A stretch of DNA of 64,000 nt from an uncultured delta proteobacterium (GTDB lineage: Bacteria; Myxococcota_A; Polyangia; Polyangiales; Polyangiaceae). Positions within the stretch are counted from its first letter, which is position 1; each line of letters opens with the position of its first letter. Under the pieces are notes generated by a model. That model was not told the DNA's origin and did no database searches. It saw only the letters and a program-made list of their open reading frames with translations. Made by a program: the position numbers and the translations under genes. Positions 1 through 10,095 of this stretch are shown in pieces. The stretch lies in the NCBI GenBank assembly GCA_963841435.1, contig CAWJCS010000003.1, positions 1,216,001 through 1,280,000 on the forward strand. The letters run 5' to 3'.

Positions 1-32
1 GACTGTCCCTTCGCCGAAGGGCTCCCGAGCGT

Positions 33-1490
33 ATGCTCGATGGCATGCGGGCTCCCTTTTTCAGCTTCCCCGTCCAGTCCGGGCAGCCGGGCCGGCGCGT
101 GGCCGCCCAGGATCTGGTCACCGCCGTGCTCGCCGAGCTCAAGGCGGGCCACCTGCCGGCCGGCGGCCGCTTGCCCCCCGTGCGCGTGCTCGAGCGGCAG
201 CTCGGCCTTTCGAAGAACACGGTGCAGGCAGCCTACGACGAGCTCGTCGCCCGCGGCGCGCTCGAGACGCGCGAGCGCGAGGGCGTGTTCGTGGCGCGCG
301 GCCCGAGCGCAGCCCCACCGTTCGAACCGCGGGCCGTGCCGCCCAAACCTTCGATGCGGCCCCCGCCGTCGCTGTTCCGGCAGGCACCGCCGCCCGGCTC
401 GATCGCACTCAGCACGGTGCTCATCGACCCGGCGCTCCTGCCGCGCGAACGCATCGCGGATTGCGTGCGCTCGGCATTGCGCGCTCCGGGCATGAGCGCG
501 CTCTACGACTTTCAGGGTCATCCGCTCTTGCGGCAGCTCATCGCCGATCGGCTATCGGCCCGGGGCATCCCCGCGACGGCCGCCGAGGTGATAACGACGA
601 TCGGCTCGCAGCAAGCGCTCGATCTCGTCGCGCGCGCCCTCGACGTGCGGCGCATCGCCATCGAAGATCCGGTGTACGCCCACGCCCGCTCGCTGTTCGA
701 AACCCACGGGCATGCGCTCACGCCGCTGCCGCTCGACCCGTTTTCGCGCGTGCCGCTCGAGCGCTGGGAGGCGCTCCTTTCGCGCGACAAGCCCGGCCTG
801 CTCTACGCCGTCACGAGCTTTCAGAACCCGACCGGCTACTCCTACGCGACGCACGAGCTCGCGTTCCTCCTCGAACAGGCCGAGCGGCACGGTTTTGCGC
901 TCATGGAGGACGACTGGGGCTCGGACATGCTCTCCGACAGCGACGTTCGGCCCGCGCTCCGGGCGCTCGGCGGCGAGAACGTGCTCTACGTCAACAGCTT
1001 CACGAAGAAGCTCTTGCCCTCGCTGCGCGTCGGCTTCCTCGTCGCGCCGAAGGAGCTCGTGCCGACGCTCGTCGCCATGAAGCGCCTTTCCACGCTCGGC
1101 AGCCCCTGGCTGCCCGAGGCGACGCTCGCCGAATTCCTCGATCGCGGCTACTACGACACGCACCTGCTCGAGCTGCAGCGCGCCCTCGACGCCCGCTACC
1201 GCTCCTGTCTCGACACCCTCCGAACCCTCATGCCCGAAGAGGTGCGCTTCACGACGCCGGGCGGCGGCCCCACGCTCTGGCTCGACTTCCCCACGCGCGT
1301 CTCGCTGCCCGAGCTCCGCTCCCGCCTGCTTGCGCGCGGCGTTTTCGCCGAGGACACGAGCTCCGCGTTCCACGGCACCCCGCACCTGAACGGCTTCCGC
1401 GTGAGCTACGCGTACGTGCCCGAAGGGGACCTCGTGCGCGCGCTCGAGGTCGTCGCGACGGAAGCACGGCGGCTGCTCGAAGCGAGCTGA
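33..1490 (+). CDS. MocR/GabR-family regulator (GntR wHTH + PLP aminotransferase-like domain)
   Basis: N-terminal LPPVRVLERQLGLSKNTVQAAYDELVARG HTH; FQNPTG, EDD and SFTKK..PSLRVG aminotransferase motifs. Confidence 0.92.
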   Translation: MLDGMRAPFFSFPVQSGQPGRRVAAQDLVTAVLAELKAGHLPAGGRLPPVRVLERQLGLSKNTVQAAYDELVARGALETREREGVFVARGPSAAPPFEPRAVPPKPSMRPPPSLFRQAPPPGSIALSTVLIDPALLPRERIADCVRSALRAPGMSALYDFQGHPLLRQLIADRLSARGIPATAAEVITTIGSQQALDLVARALDVRRIAIEDPVYAHARSLFETHGHALTPLPLDPFSRVPLERWEALLSRDKPGLLYAVTSFQNPTGYSYATHELAFLLEQAERHGFALMEDDWGSDMLSDSDVRPALRALGGENVLYVNSFTKKLLPSLRVGFLVAPKELVPTLVAMKRLSTLGSPWLPEATLAEFLDRGYYDTHLLELQRALDARYRSCLDTLRTLMPEEVRFTTPGGGPTLWLDFPTRVSLPELRSRLLARGVFAEDTSSAFHGTPHLNGFRVSYAYVPEGDLVRALEVVATEARRLLEAS

Positions 1491-1512
1491 CGGAGCCGCG
1501 CCGCCTTTTCGC

Positions 1513-2913
1513 CTACCCCTTCGTCTGCGGCGCGACCCGCTTCGGATCGTACCAGCGCGCCTTGCCCTCGAGCACGTCGTTGGCTTCCTGCGGGCCCCAG
1601 GTGCCCGGCTCGTATTCGTAGCTCGGCGTCACGTCACCGAGAATGGGCTGCACGATGCGCCATGCGGATTCGACGCCGTCGGCGCGGGCGAACAGGTTCG
1701 CGTCGCCGCGCATCGCGTCGCCGATCAGGCGCTCGTAGGCGCTCATCTCGTCGGGGCGCTGGTTTCGCACCATCAGCTCCACGCCTTCCCCCGCCATGAC
1801 GTCACCCGCCCGCTTGGCGCGGGCGCCGATGGCGATCGCCACTTCGGGCCCCAGGCGGAAGCGGAAGTAGTTGGTGAGCGACGGCGCGGGCTCCGGAAAC
1901 ACCATATGCGGCGGTCGCGCGAGGTCGACGAGCACCTCGGTCGCCGTGGTCGGCAGGTTCTTACCGGCGCGTACGTAGAACGGCACCCCGGCCCAGCGCC
2001 ACGAGTCCACGTGCAGCCGCATCGCAGCGAACGTTTCGACGCTCGAGTCGCGCGCCACGCCCTCCTCGTCACGGTAGCCCTTGAACTGCCCGCGCACGAG
2101 CTGCTCCGGCGCGAGCGGCCGAATGGCCTTGAAGACCTTGGTCTTCTCGTCGCGGAGAGCCTCGCGATCGCCCGCGGGCGGCGGCTCCATGGCGAGAAAG
2201 GCGACGATCTCGAGCAGGTGGTTCTGCACAACGTCACGAATGCAACCCGTCTCCTCGTAGAAGCGGCCGCGGCCGGCAACGCCGAAGTTTTCTGCCATCG
2301 TGATCTGCACGCTGCTCACGTAGTTGCGGTTCCAGATCGGCTCGAGGAAAGCGTTCGCGAAGCGGAAGTAGAGGAGATTCTGCACCGGCTCCTTGCCGAG
2401 GAAGTGGTCGATGCGAAAAATCGAGCGCTCGGGAAAGACCGTGGTGAGCACCTTGTTGAGCTGCTGGGCCGAAACGAGATCGCGCCCGAATGGCTTCTCC
2501 ACGACGACGCGCGCCCCCTGCGAGCAGCCCGTGCGGCCCAGTAGCTCGATCACCTGGGGGAACACGCTGGGCGGGATCGAGAGGTAGTAAAGGGGGTTCG
2601 TCGCCGACCCGAGCGCCTCGCGAAGCTTCGTGAAAAGCTCTTCGGTACGGTAATCGCCGTCGACGTACGACAGGTTCTTCGCCAACGTCTCGAAGGCCTT
2701 CTGGTCAACGCCGCCACCGTACTCCTCGATGCTCTTTCGAACGCGGTCGCGCAGCATTTCCAGGCTCGAACCGCCGCGAGACACGCCGATCACGGGAAAC
2801 CCGGGGCTGCCGCGCCGGATCATCCAGCTCAACGCGGGGAAGATCTTTTTGTAAGCGAGATCGCCGGTCGCCCCGAAGAGGACCAGAGCGTCCGAATGCG
2901 GGTGGTCACTCAT
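1513..2913 (-). CDS. zwf: glucose-6-phosphate 1-dehydrogenase
   Basis: GATGDLA NADP-binding motif, [27 protein letters not shown]. Confidence 0.97.
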   Translation of the reverse strand: MSDHPHSDALVLFGATGDLAYKKIFPALSWMIRRGSPGFPVIGVSRGGSSLEMLRDRVRKSIEEYGGGVDQKAFETLAKNLSYVDGDYRTEELFTKLREALGSATNPLYYLSIPPSVFPQVIELLGRTGCSQGARVVVEKPFGRDLVSAQQLNKVLTTVFPERSIFRIDHFLGKEPVQNLLYFRFANAFLEPIWNRNYVSSVQITMAENFGVAGRGRFYEETGCIRDVVQNHLLEIVAFLAMEPPPAGDREALRDEKTKVFKAIRPLAPEQLVRGQFKGYRDEEGVARDSSVETFAAMRLHVDSWRWAGVPFYVRAGKNLPTTATEVLVDLARPPHMVFPEPAPSLTNYFRFRLGPEVAIAIGARAKRAGDVMAGEGVELMVRNQRPDEMSAYERLIGDAMRGDANLFARADGVESAWRIVQPILGDVTPSYEYEPGTWGPQEANDVLEGKARWYDPKRVAPQTKG

Positions 2914-2955
2914 CGCACCGACTCTGGTATGGCTGCCGGCCGGCGTAAAGGGCGC

Positions 2956-4575
2956 TCAGCGGCGCCGCATGAACGCCATGAGGGTGTGCGAGCCGAGGTC
3001 GCGATTCGCCACGAGGCGCAGCATCCTGAGCCGGCCCGTGCGCCGCAGATGATGGATGGGCTGCGTCGTATGGAGCACGATCCAGACACGGTGGCCGGGC
3101 CGGGCTCCCGCGTCGAGCGCGTCGCGCATCTCGTCGTCGTCAACCAAGCAGCGGACGTTGTAGGACTCGGGCAGCGTCGTGCCAACGGTGCGCGAGAGCT
3201 TCGGGTGATACTGCGTGTAATAAAGCCACGGATCGCAGCTCCGGCGGTCCAGGATCAGTGTGTCCCGTTGCTCGGGCGGCGCGGGCTTGCGGAGCCGCGC
3301 GAGGTACTCGACGACGTTGGGGAACGTGGAATCGTAGGTGAAGGTGCGCTTGTGCTCGTTCCAGCCCGTTTCGAAGAAAAGCAGCGGCGCCGCGACGAGC
3401 ACGAGCGTGGGGACGGGCGCAAACCAGCGTTCTTCGTCGGCGCCCGGAGCGTCGAGCGCAGACGCCGCGATGGCGGAGCTATACGCCAACGTGAACACGT
3501 TGGTGCGGAAGGCACCGAGCGGCCAGAAGCCCGCGCGGTTGAAGATCAAGAGCACCACGAGCGGCATGACGATGAGCAGCGCCTCGCGCCAGCGCGCCCG
3601 GACGGCCAGAACCCAGAGCCCGAGCGCGTGCAGCCACAGCCACGCATAGGTATCGACGCTCCGCAGCATCTCCTTCTGTTCGAAGGTGATGTAGTCACTA
3701 TTCCACAGCGTGCGCCGGATGCCCGGCATCGCCACGAGGTCGAGGTAGCGGTCGGTGGCCCACGCGATGTACGAGCGCGTGTGCGACGTCGTGTAGAAGA
3801 TGTCGTACTTGCTGCCCCAAAACTCGCTGCTCTCCTTGGGCAAGTGGCGCCACATCAGGAGGTATTGGGTGCCCAGACCGGCGAGGATCAGGCCCGCCGT
3901 CCCAACGACGAGCCATAGATCGCGTTTGCTGCGGGAGTGCGCCTCCCAGCCGAGCAACAGGAACAGCCCCGGGAACGCCAGCACCAGGTCCTGCGAGAAC
4001 AGGCTGCCAATGGCAGCGGCCGCGAGCACCACGCCGAGCGCGTGCCGCCCGGCGCCCTGAATGTATCTCAGCGCTGCGAGCATGATCCCGATGTGCAGCG
4101 CGAGCGCGACCGAGTACGGCTTGAATTCCTTGCTGAAGTCGATGGCGCACGGGCTCAGGCAGATGACGGAGACGAACAGAAGACGCGCCGCGAGCCCCGT
4201 GAACAGCCGCCGCGCGAGCAACGGCGAGAGCAGCACTGCCATGACACCTGCCCCCCATGGCAGCGCCCTCAGCACCATCTCGCTCGGGGAAAACGCGACC
4301 GCGAGCACCTTGCTGACGGCAAGAAAGCCGATTGGCCGGAGCCTGCTCTCGACGAGCGGGCGCGTGAACAGCCGCATCGCCCAGCTCGCCTCGTCGAGCC
4401 AGAAGCCCGTCGCGTCGAACAGGTAGCCCCGCACGCGCAAGGTCAATCCCGTGACCAAGGCGACGATCATGAGCACCGCGACGATGCGCTCGGCCCAGCT
4501 CACCGAGCGCCCGAGTCGCGCCCAGCCGAAGAGAAACTCCAAGGCGTTCCGAACGCGCTGCCTGGCCGACGACAC
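2956..4575 (-). CDS. polytopic membrane protein, GT-C (PMT/ArnT-like) glycosyltransferase candidate
   Basis: many TM segments; FWLDE acidic motif after first TM; soluble C-terminal domain; paralog of next gene. Confidence 0.6.
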   Translation of the reverse strand: MSSARQRVRNALEFLFGWARLGRSVSWAERIVAVLMIVALVTGLTLRVRGYLFDATGFWLDEASWAMRLFTRPLVESRLRPIGFLAVSKVLAVAFSPSEMVLRALPWGAGVMAVLLSPLLARRLFTGLAARLLFVSVICLSPCAIDFSKEFKPYSVALALHIGIMLAALRYIQGAGRHALGVVLAAAAIGSLFSQDLVLAFPGLFLLLGWEAHSRSKRDLWLVVGTAGLILAGLGTQYLLMWRHLPKESSEFWGSKYDIFYTTSHTRSYIAWATDRYLDLVAMPGIRRTLWNSDYITFEQKEMLRSVDTYAWLWLHALGLWVLAVRARWREALLIVMPLVVLLIFNRAGFWPLGAFRTNVFTLAYSSAIAASALDAPGADEERWFAPVPTLVLVAAPLLFFETGWNEHKRTFTYDSTFPNVVEYLARLRKPAPPEQRDTLILDRRSCDPWLYYTQYHPKLSRTVGTTLPESYNVRCLVDDDEMRDALDAGARPGHRVWIVLHTTQPIHHLRRTGRLRMLRLVANRDLGSHTLMAFMRRR

Positions 4576-4683
4576 GCGCGAAACCCTACGCGGCCCGCGA
4601 CGGAAGTAAAGCGCGCGCGGCGGCGCGGGTGGCCCTCGGAACGCCGGACCGATTGCCCGGCGTCGCGCGTTCGGGACGGCGCG

Positions 4684-6351
4684 TCATGGGCCCGAGCGCC
4701 TCGGCGGCGGCTCGCTTGGCGGCCGCCCCGGCGCCGGCTGCGCGGGCTCGACCTTCCATTGAAGCCCAACCAGGAGATGCCCTGCGATGTGCATCGCGGT
4801 CATCACCTCGACCCCCGGCAGCGCGCCGCCGCGCTCCATCAGGTCGAGCATGCTCGAGTCGTGCAGCACGAGCCAGGTCCAGCCGGGTGGATGGGGCATG
4901 ACCCCACGGATCACCCGCCCGAGCTGCCCGTCCTCGGCCACGCAACGGGGCCGGAAGTAGCGCGAGATCTGCGGCCGGAGGACATCGGCCGTACCGGGGT
5001 GGTAGCGCGTGTAGAAGCGGAACGGGTCGCAGCTCCGGCGGTCGAGGATCAACGGCGCGGCGGACTGGCCGCGAGAACGCTCGCGCCGGATCGCCGCCTT
5101 GAGAACGCGCGGGAAGTCGGCGTGATACGTGAGCGCCGCCTTGCGCGCGCTCCAGCTGCGGTCGAAAAGCAGCATCGGTAGCAGGATGAGCACGAGCGCG
5201 GGCACGCACGAGCGGAACGTCGGCACCGTGGCGCGTGTGAGCGCGAACGGCATGCACGCGATCGCCGCCGCGTAAGCGAGCACGAAGAGGTTTGCACGGA
5301 AGGCACCCGCCGGCCAGAACTCGAGCGCGTTGAACAGCCACAGCACGGCGAGCGGCGTCAGGAACAACAGCGCGTTCCGGTAGTCGCGGCGGAAGGCCAG
5401 CGCGGCGACACCCGCAACGTGCAGGCCGAGCCACAGCCGGGTGTCGGCCACGCGCGCCGACGCGAGCGCGTCAGGAGAGAGCCAGGTCGCGTTCCACAGC
5501 CGTCTGCGAAAACCCGCGAACTCGACCATGTCCCGGTAGTGGGTCAGCCACCATTCCCAGTAGTCGAGTGACAACGTCGAGGTGTGAAAAACGTCGTATT
5601 TGTCGCCCCAGAATTGCGCCTCATGAGCGGGCATCTGGCTCCAGATGAGCGCGTATTGCCCGAGGAGAAGCGCGATGATCACGATGGCGCCCGCCCCGAT
5701 CGGCAAAAGCTGCCGGCGGTCCTTGCGCAGCGCCGCCACGCCCATCAGGAGGAAGGCGCCCGGGTAGGCGAACAGCAGATCCTGTGCGAATAGCTGTCCT
5801 ATGACCGCGAGCCCGAGCGCCAACAAGAGATCGCGACGCTTGCCCGACTCGATATAGACGAGCACGCGGTGCATGAGCAGCAGGTGCTCGAACAGGCTCA
5901 CCGAGTACGGCTTGAACTCCTTCGAAAAGTCGATCGCGCACGGGTGCAGCGCAATCAGCGCAACGAAGAGCAGGCGAGCCGCAGGGGCCTTGAAGAGGCG
6001 CTCTGCGAGCCTCGGCGCCAAGAGAACGCTTCCCATTCCCGCGAGCCAGGGCATGGCCCGGAGCACCGGCTCCGTGGGACCGAGCACCGCCGCGAGCGCC
6101 TTGGAAACCAGAATGAAGCCGATCGGCCGGTGGAGGATCTCGCTGATCGGCTGCTCGATGAGCATGATCGCCCACGAGCATTCGTCGAGCCAGAACGACG
6201 GGGGATCGAAGAGGTAGCCGTGAATCCGTAGCGCGAGCCCGAGAATCAGGAAGCCGATTGTCAATAGCTCGTAGGTACGGTGGCCGGGCGGCAGGGCGCG
6301 CAGCGCCCTGAGCCACAGCCTCGCGCTCTCCCGGGCTTCGGAGGCGAGCAT
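4684..6351 (-). CDS. polytopic membrane protein, GT-C glycosyltransferase candidate (paralog of 2956-4575)
   Basis: shares FWLDE, RPIGF, PCAIDFSKEFKPYSV, FWGxKYD and LILDRRSCDP; start set at ATG 6351 to avoid overlapping the upstream gene. Confidence 0.6.
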   Translation of the reverse strand: MLASEARESARLWLRALRALPPGHRTYELLTIGFLILGLALRIHGYLFDPPSFWLDECSWAIMLIEQPISEILHRPIGFILVSKALAAVLGPTEPVLRAMPWLAGMGSVLLAPRLAERLFKAPAARLLFVALIALHPCAIDFSKEFKPYSVSLFEHLLLMHRVLVYIESGKRRDLLLALGLAVIGQLFAQDLLFAYPGAFLLMGVAALRKDRRQLLPIGAGAIVIIALLLGQYALIWSQMPAHEAQFWGDKYDVFHTSTLSLDYWEWWLTHYRDMVEFAGFRRRLWNATWLSPDALASARVADTRLWLGLHVAGVAALAFRRDYRNALLFLTPLAVLWLFNALEFWPAGAFRANLFVLAYAAAIACMPFALTRATVPTFRSCVPALVLILLPMLLFDRSWSARKAALTYHADFPRVLKAAIRRERSRGQSAAPLILDRRSCDPFRFYTRYHPGTADVLRPQISRYFRPRCVAEDGQLGRVIRGVMPHPPGWTWLVLHDSSMLDLMERGGALPGVEVMTAMHIAGHLLVGLQWKVEPAQPAPGRPPSEPPPRRSGP

Positions 6352-6448
6352 AGCGAGCCGAGACACGCCCGCACCGTAAGGCGAGCGGAAACAAAGTGAA
6401 AGCGTGACGAGGCCCGGTGCTCGCCGGCCAAAGGGCCAGAAATTCGGG

Positions 6449-8020
6449 TCATCCGGGGTCGATCGAAGCGGGTGAGTCGATTTCGTACAGATCGGATCTG
6501 CCCGGAAGGTGGTGCTCCAACGCGTGCTCGGCGAGGAAGCGCCCGACGCGGGAGCGAGGCCGCACGGACCCGATGACGTGGGTGACACGGTATCGCTTCA
6601 GAATCGCCATCCGCTCGCTATCTGACGCGCCGGGCGCAAAGAAGCGGGCCGCGTCCCTCGCCCGCTGATCGGCATCTTTGATGAGTGGATTGCGGTGGTG
6701 CAAGGTCACGACCTTCGGCCCGAACGTCGGCAGTGACCACGATTCGAGCGGCGTCCCGAGCACCACGGCGTCGTCGCCCGCGAGCGCCGAGACCCGACGT
6801 CCCACGCGCACGACGAGGCTCTCGCGCGGCACGAGTCTCGGGCTCACGCGCGCAAAGCGCTCGTAAGCCATTTCGACGTTCTGGACGACCAACATTAGGA
6901 GTGAGAGCAACACCGCCGCCGCGAGAGAGCGACGCAGCCAGGGTCGCCCCCGAATGTCGGCCGGCGCCTCGGCGGGCCAGGCGGCGAGCAGCAGCCAGAC
7001 GAGCCCGATCTGGAGAAAAAGCATGGAAAGCAGCACGTAGCGGTGCCCCAGCGGGATCGGCACGAACGCGGTGAGCGCGAAGGCCGCAAGCATGAGCGCG
7101 GTGCCGAGCGGAACGAACAAAAGGCGGCGCCGCAGCACGAAATAGGGCAGCAGCGGCAGCGCGACCGCCGTGTATCCCACGATCCTCCACAGCATGGCTG
7201 GCGAGTAGAACGGGTGAAGCGCGACGCCGCCCGCGGCGAGGTCGTGCTTCACGCGACCCGCGGTGCCCCCAATGACCATGCCGAGCGCCGGATAGTAGGG
7301 CCAGAGGGCAGAGGCCAGAAAGCCCGCCGCAACGCCCGCCACGAGCTCCAGCCTTCGTCGAAGCGCGACGCCGGGCTCCGTGAGAGCGAGGAGCGCAGCG
7401 GCGGGCAATCCCATCGTCGCCGTGAGCGGGTGGGTGACGTACACGTCGGTCCACAAGAGCGCGAAGCCGACGAGCGTGATCGGACGCAGGCGCCCGCGAC
7501 CGAGCAGCGTCACCGTCCAGGCGAGGCCGAGCAGGGTGAGCCCGAGCGCCGTCGTCGACGGGTAGCCCGCGACACTGAAGTAGATGTCGAGCTGATAAAC
7601 GTTGGAAAAGTGCGGCGCATCGAACCAGCTGCAGAACAGCACGACGAGGCCGAACAACGGCGCACGAGGGTCGCGAAAGTAGACGCGAAAGAACAGCCAG
7701 ATCCCAGCGAGAAAGAGCAGTGTATTGAGCACCGCAGCGACCCCCATCGCGCCGAGCGCATCGAGCCCGAAGAGGCGCCCGACGAGCGCCGTGAAGAGCG
7801 CATGCGGACCGAAGCGCGGGGAGCTTACCGCGTCGGCGATCAACGGGTGCCGCGGATGGATGGGGTCCTGCATGAGCGCGTGCAGGACCGCGGTGTGCTC
7901 CCAGTAATCGGAACCGGAGCTGAACGTGATGAGGCGAAAGGAAAAGCTGTCCCAGCCCACCCAGGCGAGCAGGGCGGCCGAGAGCAAGAGGAACGTGATG
8001 TCGGCCCAGTGCCGCTGCAT
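6449..8020 (-). CDS. polytopic membrane protein, possible GT-C fold
   Basis: about 11-12 hydrophobic segments, SDYWEH in first loop, C-terminal LKRYRVTHVI soluble domain. Confidence 0.5.
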   Translation of the reverse strand: MQRHWADITFLLLSAALLAWVGWDSFSFRLITFSSGSDYWEHTAVLHALMQDPIHPRHPLIADAVSSPRFGPHALFTALVGRLFGLDALGAMGVAAVLNTLLFLAGIWLFFRVYFRDPRAPLFGLVVLFCSWFDAPHFSNVYQLDIYFSVAGYPSTTALGLTLLGLAWTVTLLGRGRLRPITLVGFALLWTDVYVTHPLTATMGLPAAALLALTEPGVALRRRLELVAGVAAGFLASALWPYYPALGMVIGGTAGRVKHDLAAGGVALHPFYSPAMLWRIVGYTAVALPLLPYFVLRRRLLFVPLGTALMLAAFALTAFVPIPLGHRYVLLSMLFLQIGLVWLLLAAWPAEAPADIRGRPWLRRSLAAAVLLSLLMLVVQNVEMAYERFARVSPRLVPRESLVVRVGRRVSALAGDDAVVLGTPLESWSLPTFGPKVVTLHHRNPLIKDADQRARDAARFFAPGASDSERMAILKRYRVTHVIGSVRPRSRVGRFLAEHALEHHLPGRSDLYEIDSPASIDPG

Positions 8021-9057
8021 CAGCTACCCTCGCGCGAACGGAACGGCCCCCGACGTCGCAGCGCGTAGAGGCCCGGGAGCCCCGCGACGACCGTGTAGGC
8101 GAGCAGGACGATGCGATCGATGCTGGCGGCAGCGATGCCACGCCCGTAGTCGGCGCCGAGCTGCGTTGACAAGACGGCGAGCGCGAGCTCGCGCAGCCCG
8201 AGATTTCCGGGAGTCACGTTCACGAGCGTGAACAGCACCGTCGTCGAAGCCAGCATTCCCGCCTGCAAAACGCTGATGTTCGTACCGAGCACGCCGAAGC
8301 AAATCCACATGCGCAGCCCCGCCATGCAAACTTTGGAGAACGCGAGGCCAATCGGCACCAAGATGCCGCCACCGGTGCGCAGCGCCGTCATGCCGTCGGC
8401 GAGTGACCGCAACCGGCCGAAGACGAACCCCGAGCGATCCGGGATCCACGCGCGCGGCAGGAACACGAGCGCCATGGCCCCCATGAACGCGAGCGTGTAA
8501 AAAGAGAGCAGCGGTAGCGAGCCCACTCCGAAGCCGTCGGAAGAGACGACGCTCGTAACGCCGATCACCGCGGCGACGGACAGGTTGAGCAGAGCGTTGA
8601 CCGTGACGAGCGCGAGGTATTTCGCGTAAGGCAGCGCGTGGTCGCGCTTGAGGACGGCAGCGCGCATGACGAGGCCCGCGTTGAAGGGCAAGTAGTTGAG
8701 CAAGAATCCCGCGCCCGTCAAAAGGAAGCCCTCGGCGAAGGGCTCGTGCACGTCGAGGCGCCGCAGCATGTAGGTAAATTCGAAGGTCCGCTGCAGGTGC
8801 CCCACGAACATCAGCGCCACGAGCGCCGCGATCGATCTCGCGTCGAGATCGACGGCATGCCCGAGCTCGGCTCGCTCCGCGTAGAGGACGTGCGCCACGT
8901 AGGCCACGCAGGCGAGCTGGAAAAGCAGGACCAGGACCGCGCGCGGCCGAAAGCGCGAGCGCGCCTCGCTCGGCGCGTCGCTCGCCTCGGTGCTCGACGA
9001 AACACCGTTCGGCGCGCCGGGGAGCGGCCGATCGGCGCGCGAATCCTGGGGGCTCAC
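8020..9057 (-). CDS. lysylphosphatidylglycerol-synthase TM domain / flippase-like protein (UPF0104/AglD2-like)
   Basis: LNYLPFNAG and TPGNLGLRE motifs, DR near C-terminus; start at GTG 9057 is uncertain; the longer track ORF is a shadow of the opposite gene. Confidence 0.75.
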   Translation of the reverse strand: MSPQDSRADRPLPGAPNGVSSSTEASDAPSEARSRFRPRAVLVLLFQLACVAYVAHVLYAERAELGHAVDLDARSIAALVALMFVGHLQRTFEFTYMLRRLDVHEPFAEGFLLTGAGFLLNYLPFNAGLVMRAAVLKRDHALPYAKYLALVTVNALLNLSVAAVIGVTSVVSSDGFGVGSLPLLSFYTLAFMGAMALVFLPRAWIPDRSGFVFGRLRSLADGMTALRTGGGILVPIGLAFSKVCMAGLRMWICFGVLGTNISVLQAGMLASTTVLFTLVNVTPGNLGLRELALAVLSTQLGADYGRGIAAASIDRIVLLAYTVVAGLPGLYALRRRGPFRSREGS

Positions 9058-9147
9058 GAGTCCGGCTCTTAGCACGAGGGCCGCGATTTCAGGCTGCTTT
9101 TCGCGGCCACCCGGCAGTAGTATGCGCCGGCGTTCCCGTCGCGCCTG

Positions 9148-10095
9148 ATGAAGCTCTTCATCCAGATCCCGTGCCACAACGAGGAGGCGTCGTTGCCGAT
9201 CGCGCTTGCGGCACTGCCCAAGGCGGTTCCTGGCGTCGATAGCGTCGAGGTGCTGATCATCAACGACGGCAGCACCGACAGGACGGTGGAAGTCGCGCGG
9301 GAGCATGGCGTCGCCCACGTCGTCGGGTTCCCCCGAAACCAGGGGCTCGCCAAGGCGTTCATGCTCGGCATTCGTTCCTGCCTCGAGCGTGGCGCCGACA
9401 TCATCGTCAACACCGACGCCGACAATCAGTACGATGCGCGCGACATCCCCGCGCTCATCCAACCGATCCTGCAGGGTCGGGCCGAGATCGTGGTGGGCGC
9501 GCGCCCGATCGCCACCATCGAGCATTTCTCGCCCGTGAAGAAGCTCTTGCAACGCGTCGGCAGCGGCGTCGTCGCCAGGGTGAGCGGCACGCGAGTCGCG
9601 GACGCACCGAGTGGCTTTCGCGCCTTCTCGCGCGACGCCGCCGCCAAGCTCAACGTCTTCAGCGAATACACCTACACGCTGGAGACGATCATCCAGGCCG
9701 GCCAGAAGAACATGAGCATCGTGTCGGTCCCCGTGCGCGTGAACGCCGATCTCCGGCCGTCGCGGCTCGTGCGAAGCCTCGCGTCTTACGTGCGGCGCTC
9801 GATGGTCACGATGATCCGCATCTTGATCATCTATCGACCCTTCCAGTTCTTCATGAGCCTGGGCGCGGTGTTGTTCGTCTCGGGACTCGCGCTGGGCGGC
9901 CGGTTCGTGTATTATTATTTGAGCGGGCAACGCACCGGGCACGTTCAGTCGCTGATCCTCGCGGGCGTGCTGATGACGTTCGGGTTCCAGACCGGCCTTC
10001 TAGCGTTCATCGCGGATCTACTCAGCGTGAACCGGCGGCTGCTCGAGGAGCTGCTCGAGGCGAAGCGCATCGGGCCCAAGGACCACGATGGCTGA
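9148..10095 (+). CDS. glycosyltransferase family 2 (DPM1/GtrB-like, two C-terminal TM helices)
   Basis: IPCHNEE, INDGSTD, DADNQY, SGFRAF motifs. Confidence 0.93.
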   Translation: MKLFIQIPCHNEEASLPIALAALPKAVPGVDSVEVLIINDGSTDRTVEVAREHGVAHVVGFPRNQGLAKAFMLGIRSCLERGADIIVNTDADNQYDARDIPALIQPILQGRAEIVVGARPIATIEHFSPVKKLLQRVGSGVVARVSGTRVADAPSGFRAFSRDAAAKLNVFSEYTYTLETIIQAGQKNMSIVSVPVRVNADLRPSRLVRSLASYVRRSMVTMIRILIIYRPFQFFMSLGAVLFVSGLALGGRFVYYYLSGQRTGHVQSLILAGVLMTFGFQTGLLAFIADLLSVNRRLLEELLEAKRIGPKDHDG

